From contig JAUWGH010000004.1 of assembly GCA_030606485.1 (NCBI GenBank), forward strand, positions 300,001 to 332,000: a DNA stretch of 32,000 nucleotides. Direction: 5' to 3'. Source of the stretch: Promethearchaeota archaeon (GTDB taxonomy: Archaea > Asgardarchaeota > Lokiarchaeia > Sigyniarchaeales > SOKP01). Each line of letters starts with the position of its first letter. The stretch's first letter is position 1. Positions 1-7,104 of this stretch are shown piece by piece. The position numbers and the translations under genes are program-made. Below the pieces are notes generated by a model. That model was given only the letters and a program-made list of their open reading frames with translations, was not told where the DNA came from and did no database searches.

Positions 1-2
1 TT

Positions 3-1019
3 TCGAATGAAGATATTAAAATTTTTGCCCAAATACTTTTGGCTGCCAATGATATTTATATTACTGGTGCTGGAACCTCACTATTTGCTTCCTTAGCTGG
101 AAAATTTATTATTTCCAAATTTTTAGGTAAATATATTCAGGCAATTGAATGTTCTGAGTTAAAAGGTCAGTTAACAAATTGTTTAAGGGATAATTCAGTA
201 ATAATTGCAGTTTCACAATCAGGTGAGACAATAGATACAATTGAGGCTATTCGCTGGGCCAAAAAAGCACAAAATTTAAAAATTTTATCGATAACTAATG
301 CTGTAGGATCATCAATTACAAGATATTCAGATCACTTTATAATTACACAAGCTGGTCCTGAAATTGGAGTCGCTGCTACAAAAACTTACTCTTGCCAAGT
401 ACTTACACTTGCATTAATCGCGTTGGAGATTGCAAAATTGAGAAAAATAGAACCAGAAAGTGAAATACAAAACTATTACAAGGCTTTAAAATCAACACCT
501 CAAATAATTGAGAATTTTTTGAGTAATAATATTAATTTAATTAGAAAAATTGTAAAAGATTTAGAGAAACATTCGAGTTATTTCTTTTTAGCTCGTGGGA
601 TATCAATTGGTACAGCTAAAGAAGGTGGATTAAAGTTAAAAGAAGTAGCTTGTAGATTCATTGAAGGATATTCTGCAGCTGCAGCAAAACATGGTCCCAT
701 TGCATTGGTACGAAAAGGATACCCCATTGTTTTTATCGCACCGCCAGATGAGACTTATGTTAGATTAATCGGAAATTTAATGGAATTTAAATCAAGAGGG
801 GGCAAAATTATCTCCATTGTTGTAGAAAGTGATAAAAAAGTTAAAGTACATAGTGATATGACAATTGATATACCTCAACCAGCCGATATATACCATAATA
901 TATTTAGTCCAATTACCTTTATTCCAGCATTACAGTTGCTTGCATATTATACAGCAATTTTCCATGGACTCGACCCAGATATGCCATTGAACTTAAGTAA
1001 GACTGTTACAGTTCATTAA
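3..1019 (+). CDS. glmS: GlmS-like sugar isomerase (two SIS domains; C-terminal part of a glutamine--fructose-6-phosphate aminotransferase or a stand-alone SIS enzyme), 5'-truncated by the window edge
   Basis: Motifs GAGTS, SQSGETIDT, EIGVAATKTY, EGGLKLKE, KHGPIAL and C-terminal PLNLSKTVTVH (compare GlmS PRNLAKSVTVE). The frame is open from base 3 (SNEDIKIFAQILL...), so the TTG at 39 is probably not the true start. Confidence 0.75.
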   Translation, partial: SNEDIKIFAQILLAANDIYITGAGTSLFASLAGKFIISKFLGKYIQAIECSELKGQLTNCLRDNSVIIAVSQSGETIDTIEAIRWAKKAQNLKILSITNAVGSSITRYSDHFIITQAGPEIGVAATKTYSCQVLTLALIALEIAKLRKIEPESEIQNYYKALKSTPQIIENFLSNNINLIRKIVKDLEKHSSYFFLARGISIGTAKEGGLKLKEVACRFIEGYSAAAAKHGPIALVRKGYPIVFIAPPDETYVRLIGNLMEFKSRGGKIISIVVESDKKVKVHSDMTIDIPQPADIYHNIFSPITFIPALQLLAYYTAIFHGLDPDMPLNLSKTVTVH

Positions 1020-1095
1020 ATAAATTAGTAGCTTTAACGCTGTAAAAAATAATTTTATATTTCGTAGTAAAATAATATATATAAAAACGAGATAA

Positions 1096-2067
1096 TTAAT
1101 TACTGTTTTTTTGCAAAATATTAATTTCTATACCTTTTTGTTCAAGTATCATTTTATTAGCGAGTAACTCTCGACCAGCAATTTTATCCACTATATAAAT
1201 TAGATTACCACCCTTTTCAGAGTATTTCTGACCATAGGAAATGGGAATATTTGGTGTAGGATCAACTAATAGCGATTCGGCAACTGCCTTTTCTTTTCGT
1301 TTGCCAGTAGCTAGCAGGACTACTGTTTTCGCTTTATAAACTAATTCTGCACCCATGCTAATAGCATAATGTGGGCTATCTTTTTCTGAGGGAAAATGTC
1401 CATCGATAACGGCATTTTTTATCGTGTTATCGTCAAGTTTAACTAACATGATATTACTACCATCAAAAGGAATTCCCGATTCATGGAAAGCTACATGGCC
1501 ACGTCCACCAACTCCTATAATTTGCAAATCAATACCTCCAATATCCTTAATTTTTTGGGCATATCCATCCAAGATTGTTTTACGGATCCAAGCTAGATAT
1601 TCTGAAACTGGATTATCTATGATATCAATTGATTTACCAGCATCTGTGCCCAATTCACGCCAATCATCTGGATGACCTTTTAATTCTTGTATGAGAATTT
1701 CTTGATCGATTAAGCACCCATAAGGAACAGTTGTTTCTATGAATTTATTGACAAGATGTCCAAAAAATTCTTGAATCATAAAATAACAGTAGCTCTCCGG
1801 ATGTATCGTGCGTTGTTGAACATTTTCACCTGGAAGGCCAATATATTCATCAAGGTTGAAACTGCGGATCCGACTACTATCAAATTCACCAGCGTTAGCC
1901 ATTCTCGCTAAATGTTTATAAAGACCAGTAGGCGAATTTCCTGTTGCTAATCCAATAACGAATTCTTTTTTCTTCTGTAACGTTTGGTTGATATTATCTT
2001 TAATAATTATGGATGCAATTTCGCTAATGTGTTCAAAATTTTCTGTTATAATAATTTTGATTGGCAT
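1096..2067 (-). CDS. nagB: Glucosamine-6-phosphate deaminase (NagB family) with an internal insertion
   Basis: GLATGNSP, FNLDEYIGL, IDLQIIGVGGRGHVAFHESG and AISMG...AKTVVLLATG match NagB signatures. Confidence 0.85.
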   Translation of the reverse strand: MPIKIIITENFEHISEIASIIIKDNINQTLQKKKEFVIGLATGNSPTGLYKHLARMANAGEFDSSRIRSFNLDEYIGLPGENVQQRTIHPESYCYFMIQEFFGHLVNKFIETTVPYGCLIDQEILIQELKGHPDDWRELGTDAGKSIDIIDNPVSEYLAWIRKTILDGYAQKIKDIGGIDLQIIGVGGRGHVAFHESGIPFDGSNIMLVKLDDNTIKNAVIDGHFPSEKDSPHYAISMGAELVYKAKTVVLLATGKRKEKAVAESLLVDPTPNIPISYGQKYSEKGGNLIYIVDKIAGRELLANKMILEQKGIEINILQKNSN

Positions 2068-2379
2068 AAAAATCTACTTTTATAGCAAGATACTTAATTA
2101 TATTTTAAAAAAAGAGCATTTTCTAATAAATTTAATTACCTAATATATCGAATTGATTTTATTTATTAATTTATTTCCAAACTATAATAGTATATATTAA
2201 TAAAATTATCATTTATTCAGAGATTTTAAAACATTTTTTATTCTAATTAATTTTTAATTTAAAAGATTTATTCTTTTATATGTATGACATATTTGGTGTT
2301 ATTAAGAAAAAGAGCCGAATTATGATAGTCTGATTCTCTTTCAAATATATCAAGTATATGATTCGAGATATATCTTTTC

Positions 2380-3249
2380 TTAGCCTAAAATAAGATTAAT
2401 TTTAGAAGCTAAAATACCAGGTGATTCTCCAAGAAAGCTCTCAGGACTAGCGAAAAGAATATAATAATAAGGCATAAAAATAGATTCTTCAGAAGGGCCT
2501 ACTCCAGAATTGACGATATATATCCATTTCCTTAGATCTCCAATTGTTGATTCTCGATATTTCCATCGTAAAGTCTCTACTTCAGGAATTTTTCCTAAAT
2601 TTCTTAGGAGGACTGCAACGGATTTAAAATTAATACCAAAAGAAATTATAGGGGATAAATCAAATGATGTAACACATACTCCTTCAAGTCCATAAACCTC
2701 CATTTCATTTAAAAATTTATTAAAAACGCGTGTTAATTCGTCTTTTTTTGCTTCAATTAGTTCTTTTGCTTTTGCATCTGTAAGTATTCGTATAATTCTT
2801 TCTTTTTCTTCAAGATTTATTTTTTTTTCAAAACCAAGTGGGATTTTATTTTGAATTACCCAATCAAATATCATTTGAACTTTTTGTTTTACAGCCTTAC
2901 TATTTAAATAGGTTTCTGTTTGACATGTGATTAAAACATTGCCACTTTGTTTTTTTATTTGCTTTTCTTGGGATTTATTACTTCTTTTTGTATTTTTACG
3001 TAAGGGAATAAATTCTAATACTTTTAGGTTTTTATCTAAAAGCCTTGCAAATTCAAAAATAGCTGAGACAAATCCGGAAGTCAATTCAAAACATTCGGTT
3101 GGATTGAATTCATTCTTATGGTTAAATTCTTGAGTTGAAAAATCGAAAAATCTTAGATAAAGAGGGACTCCTTTAGGCAGAGGTTCTATTTCTAGATCAT
3201 AATATGGATAACCAGTGGTCGTTATAACTTGAAGTGAGTAAATTGTCAT
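2380..3249 (-). CDS. Hypothetical protein; predicted N-terminal longin-like and C-terminal roadblock/profilin-like domains
   Basis: The N-terminus MTIYSLQVITTTGYP...LTSGFVSAIFEFARLL resembles Asgard longin-type domains. The C-terminal ELTRVFNKFLNEMEVYGLEGVCVTSFDLSPIISFG resembles the start of a roadblock fold. The ORF is clear; the domain calls are by eye. Confidence 0.5.
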   Translation of the reverse strand: MTIYSLQVITTTGYPYYDLEIEPLPKGVPLYLRFFDFSTQEFNHKNEFNPTECFELTSGFVSAIFEFARLLDKNLKVLEFIPLRKNTKRSNKSQEKQIKKQSGNVLITCQTETYLNSKAVKQKVQMIFDWVIQNKIPLGFEKKINLEEKERIIRILTDAKAKELIEAKKDELTRVFNKFLNEMEVYGLEGVCVTSFDLSPIISFGINFKSVAVLLRNLGKIPEVETLRWKYRESTIGDLRKWIYIVNSGVGPSEESIFMPYYYILFASPESFLGESPGILASKINLILG

Positions 3250-3360
3250 GTATTCTTAAAAATTTCTCAATTTTTTATATATTCAATATATACATAAATT
3301 TGTTAATTGGATATAAATAATTATAGAAAATTAATATTAAAGCGAATTGAACAAGTTTTA

Positions 3361-3924
3361 TTAGCCTGAAATTGCAATTATTTCAGCACTTCTTACAACA
3401 AAATTTGTATCGATATAGAGTAATAGAGCATGGTCTTGATGATTAAAAACTAAAGGGACTAGTTTTTTAGTTGAATTCTCGATTAAACTATTCTTTACAT
3501 ATATTTTAAGAGTTTTTTTACAATATTTACAAAATGCATCAATAAATTTTCCATTTTTACTCGGTACTATTTTTATAGCTTTCTCTACTACTGAGTTAAA
3601 ACCTTTAAAAAAATCATCATAAATCGCATCATACGAATTTAAAAAAGATTCTCCATAGATTTCAATAAATTCATCAGAGATGTAATCCAAAATCGCCTCA
3701 ATTAACTGAAATTGAACGGATTTATCGGCACCAATTACAAAGACTATATTTTTTTTTTTGATAAATATAACCTTAGAGTCAGCTTTGTTTATATGATAAT
3801 ATCTGGATTCTTTAGGTACATTTCTAGCGAGAGAACTTTCAAAAAAAAAAGATTTTGGTAAATTTTTTTGTTTCCATGAAAAATAGGAGCTTTCAAAACA
3901 TCCAATATTAACAAAAAAAATCAA
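3361..3924 (-). CDS. Hypothetical protein; longin-like domain plus a C-terminal CxxC...HxxH putative metal-binding domain
   Basis: The beta-rich YYHINKADSKVIFIKKKNIVFVIGAD is followed by the helix QLIEAILDYISDEFIEIYG and F..F (longin pattern). The C-terminus is CKYC...NHQDHALLLYIDTNFVVR. The TTG start is uncertain. Confidence 0.5.
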   Translation of the reverse strand: MIFFVNIGCFESSYFSWKQKNLPKSFFFESSLARNVPKESRYYHINKADSKVIFIKKKNIVFVIGADKSVQFQLIEAILDYISDEFIEIYGESFLNSYDAIYDDFFKGFNSVVEKAIKIVPSKNGKFIDAFCKYCKKTLKIYVKNSLIENSTKKLVPLVFNHQDHALLLYIDTNFVVRSAEIIAISG

Positions 3925-4029
3925 ATTTGAATAATCAGGGAATTGTTTGGATATTTTTCAGCACCATCAATTTCATATTATATAAATAAAGTATATTTTT
4001 TTGAGCTTTTATTTTTATTTTTTTCTCAA

Positions 4030-6810
4030 TTATTCTAAAATTAGAACAGGTTTTCCAGGTAATGCTTGTTTAGCTTTTTTATGGTCAATTTGATCTTCTA
4101 AAAATATTTCAATATTACATTTAAACTTATCCTGAAAAGTTGGTTTTATTTCATTAAAAAAGTCCATTTCATCTTTTGATGTTAGGACTATTTTTGAATA
4201 TGTCCTAAGATTTTGTAAAATATTATTGGTGATTTGATTTATTTGTTTCCCAAATTTTTTCAATTCAGCGTCCTGCATAACTGATTTCATAATTTCTCCT
4301 TGATCTTTAGATTTTTCAATCAATGGTATTAATATAGAAAACAATTTGTATTTCCATTCGGTTGCAATTACAATTTTAATCAAAGAAATTTTTTGATCCT
4401 TTAAAATTTGTATTATATTTTTTACATCATCTATTGTGTTGTTCATTAAATTCCATTTAAAATCGTTTTCATCTGTTAGTAGATTTTTGTTATAGGATGG
4501 CCAAGTAGATATACTTAAGAAATCTTTATGACCAAGCATTTCCCATAATTCTTCTGTTATGTGTGGTATAAATGGATGTAAGAGCAGAAGCAATTTTTCT
4601 TGACATTCTTTATAGAGATGTTCAATAACACCATTTTTTTTATATTCTTTCAAATTTGGAATGAATTGAACAATTTCATTTATAGCATCACGTATTGCTA
4701 GATTATTCATATGCTCTGTAACAAATTTTATAGTCTTATTCAATTGGAATTCTATTAAATCGTCATTAATATTCCTTTTTTTCCTTATTTTCTCTAGAGA
4801 CTCTGTAAATAAATTCCATAAACCAGATACAAATTTATATGCAAAACCAACTCCTTGATCAGACCATTCCATTCCTTTCTCTGGACTTGCTCCGAATAAA
4901 ATGAAAAATCTAGTTGCATCTGCCCCATATTCATTCATAATTCCAATTGGATCAACGGTATTTCCTAGAGATTTGCTCATCTTAGCGCTTTTTAGAATAT
5001 ATTTCGTTCCACATCGTTTACATCTCTCATCATGCATTTCTGCTTTCATCGCAAAGGTATTACATTTTGAACAATATGGATGTGCTTTATTAATCATACC
5101 ATGTGTAAATAATCGTTGAAAGGGTTCATCATGTGAATGTAGCCCAAGATCACGCGCTACTTTTGTAAAAAATCTTGCATAAAGAAGATGCATAATTGCA
5201 TGTTCTATTCCACCAATATATTGATCAACATTTCCCCAATAATCAACAATTTCCTTTCTATATGGTAAATCTTTTACATGAGGATCACAGAATCTAAAAA
5301 AATACCACGAACTATCAACAAAAGTATCCATTGTATCAGTCTCACGCCTCCCTGGTTTACCACATTTTGGACATTGACAATTAATGAAAGATTCAGAAGT
5401 TTCTAAAGGGTTTCCTTTTCCAGTAAATTTAACATCTTTTGGTAGTTCTAATGGTAAATTCTCATAAGGAACAGGCACAACTCCGCAATCATCGCAATAT
5501 ATTATTGGTATTGGGCATCCCCAATATCTTTGACGGGAAATTAACCAATCCCTTAACTTATAATTAACGGTTGCTTTACCCAGCCCAATTTTTTCTAACT
5601 TTTTTGTTATCGCGTTAATCGCGGTTCGATTATCCATCCCATCAAATTCTTCTGAATTTACTAGGATGCCATCTGCCATATAAGCTCTTGTCATTTTATC
5701 CTCATTTAATTCATAATCAGGTGGTTGAATAACAACTCTAATCGTGATATTATATTCTTTTGCAAATTCAAAATCACGTTGGTCATGAGCAGGAACCGCC
5801 ATGACTGCACCTGCCCCGTATTCATAAATGATAAAATTTCCAATATAAATAGGAACTTTTTCTTTTGTCATTGGATTAATCGCATATTTTCCGATAAACA
5901 TCCCTTTTTTATCAACCTCAACATCCGTTCTTTCAAATTTATTCTGCTTCATAACATCAGTATAAAAAATTTCAAAATCTTTTTCATATTCAGTTCCTTT
6001 AACCCATTCGCGAACCCAAGGATGTTCTGGAGCAAATACCATAAAAGTTACTCCATAAAGTGTATCAGCTCTAGTTGTAAATATGTCGATGGTTCTTTCT
6101 TCTCCCACAATTGGGAATTTAATTATCGACCCCTCCGACCTCCCGATCCAATTTCTTTGCATAACTTTAACTTTTTCGGGCCAATCAACATTATTTAAGC
6201 CATTTAACAATTCTTCGGCATAAGATCTTATTTTTAAAAACCATTGGGTCAAAAATTTTTGTTCTACTTCTGAATTGCAACGCCAACAGTGACCACCTTG
6301 AACTTGCTCGTTAGCCAACACTGTTGCACATTGAGGGCACCAATTAATATAACTATCTTCCCGATAAGCAAGATCTTTTTCAAACATTTTCAGAAAAAAC
6401 CACTGGTCCCATTTAAAATAATTTGGATCGTGGCTATGAATGTCACGAGTCCAATCATAAGATAATCCTATGCGTTTTTGTTGATTTCTCACGATATCGA
6501 TGTTTAAATTGGTCCATTCCTCCGGATTCACTCCCTCGTCAATTGCGGCGTTTTCTGCAGGTAATCCGAAAGAATCATATCCCATGGGATAAAGTATTTG
6601 GAATCCGCACATTCGTTTGAATCTAGTAAATGCATCGCCAACAGTATAATTACGTAGATGACCTATGTGAAGTTTTCCAGAGGGATAAGGATACATTTCG
6701 AGTATATAATACTTTTTCTTTTTAAGATCTTTTTGTACTTCGAATATTTTTGCTTCTTCCCATTTCTTTTGCCATTTCTCTTCTATTTTTTGGGGGTTAT
6801 AATCATTCAT
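4030..6810 (-). CDS. leuS: Leucine--tRNA ligase, bacterial-type core with archaeal-type C-terminal domain
   Basis: LEMYPYPSGKLHIGH (HIGH), GYDSFGLPAENAAI, CP1 editing TTRADT and AVPAHDQRD, DWLISRQRYWG, YIGGIEHAIMHLLYARF, KMSKS, C-terminal ALPGKPVLILE. AGGA lies 4-7 nt before the ATG. Confidence 0.97.
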   Translation of the reverse strand: MNDYNPQKIEEKWQKKWEEAKIFEVQKDLKKKKYYILEMYPYPSGKLHIGHLRNYTVGDAFTRFKRMCGFQILYPMGYDSFGLPAENAAIDEGVNPEEWTNLNIDIVRNQQKRIGLSYDWTRDIHSHDPNYFKWDQWFFLKMFEKDLAYREDSYINWCPQCATVLANEQVQGGHCWRCNSEVEQKFLTQWFLKIRSYAEELLNGLNNVDWPEKVKVMQRNWIGRSEGSIIKFPIVGEERTIDIFTTRADTLYGVTFMVFAPEHPWVREWVKGTEYEKDFEIFYTDVMKQNKFERTDVEVDKKGMFIGKYAINPMTKEKVPIYIGNFIIYEYGAGAVMAVPAHDQRDFEFAKEYNITIRVVIQPPDYELNEDKMTRAYMADGILVNSEEFDGMDNRTAINAITKKLEKIGLGKATVNYKLRDWLISRQRYWGCPIPIIYCDDCGVVPVPYENLPLELPKDVKFTGKGNPLETSESFINCQCPKCGKPGRRETDTMDTFVDSSWYFFRFCDPHVKDLPYRKEIVDYWGNVDQYIGGIEHAIMHLLYARFFTKVARDLGLHSHDEPFQRLFTHGMINKAHPYCSKCNTFAMKAEMHDERCKRCGTKYILKSAKMSKSLGNTVDPIGIMNEYGADATRFFILFGASPEKGMEWSDQGVGFAYKFVSGLWNLFTESLEKIRKKRNINDDLIEFQLNKTIKFVTEHMNNLAIRDAINEIVQFIPNLKEYKKNGVIEHLYKECQEKLLLLLHPFIPHITEELWEMLGHKDFLSISTWPSYNKNLLTDENDFKWNLMNNTIDDVKNIIQILKDQKISLIKIVIATEWKYKLFSILIPLIEKSKDQGEIMKSVMQDAELKKFGKQINQITNNILQNLRTYSKIVLTSKDEMDFFNEIKPTFQDKFKCNIEIFLEDQIDHKKAKQALPGKPVLILE

Positions 6811-6894
6811 ATTTCCTTTTATTCCATTCCATTGTTTTTATTAAAATTATCCACATTTTTTCAATTTTATGAATTCTTTTTTTCAATGCTTCTT

Positions 6895-7018
6895 CGAACC
6901 TTTGAGCTTTAATTCTAAAGATATTTGCTGGAGATTAAGAAAGAACAAATCCATAGAAATTATTTATAGAAAAGAAGGCTCAGGTTCGTTCTCTCTCGAA
7001 TTAGAGCACCAATAAGAG
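6895..7018 (-). promoter_or_regulatory. Structured 5' leader of leuS with mutually exclusive helices (candidate attenuator)
   Basis: Hairpin 7018-6993; helix 6988-6978 with 6907-6895; competing helix 6997-6983 with 6952-6937; U-rich tracts at 6977-6968 and 6949-6937. All paired by hand. Confidence 0.65.
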
Positions 7019-7081
7019 TACCACTACTAAGAGTAATACAAATAACAATGCATTTTGTACTTTATTCATCAAGAGAGACAT
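7001..7081 (-). CDS. Putative leucine-rich leader peptide of leuS (MSLLMNKVQNALLFVLLLVVVLLLVL); alternative start at 7069
   Basis: ATG at 7081 and TAA at 7003-7001. 11 of 26 codons are Leu and 6 are Val; the last 15 codons are 9 Leu, 5 Val and 1 Phe. Same strand as leuS, ending 190 nt before its ATG. Confidence 0.7.
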   Translation of the reverse strand: MSLLMNKVQNALLFVLLLVVVLLLVL

Positions 7082-7104
7082 TATGGTAAATATTATAATT
7101 ACTA

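Noticed and set aside
2280-2333. 17-codon plus-strand ORF MYDIFGVIKKKSRIMIV in the nagB upstream gap
   Set aside because: No RBS, motif or compositional bias; consistent with chance.
3925-3976. Possible frameshift that would extend the 187-aa ORF to an ATG (MVLKISKQFPDYSNLIFF) if one A were removed from an A5 run
   Set aside because: It cannot be distinguished from a genuine TTG start without reads or homologs.
6803-6856. 17-codon minus-strand ORF MWIILIKTMEWNKRKYE whose stop overlaps the leuS start region
   Set aside because: It could allow translational coupling, but it has no SD, no compositional signal, and ORFs of this size arise by chance in AT-rich DNA. Revisit only if it is conserved.
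6895-6990. GGTTCG(A) motifs in the leuS leader suggesting a tRNA T-loop, tRNA gene or T-box riboswitch
   Set aside because: I could not build a cloverleaf and did not find the T-box consensus (AGGGUGGNACCGCG) or a specifier loop. The motif is explained as one arm of the long-range helix.
7001-7048. Reading the Leu/Val peptide as an ordinary small membrane protein
   Set aside because: Not excluded, but less favoured: the hydrophobic run is only about 15-16 residues, ends at the stop with no flanking charge, and sits in front of leuS with overlapping RNA helices.
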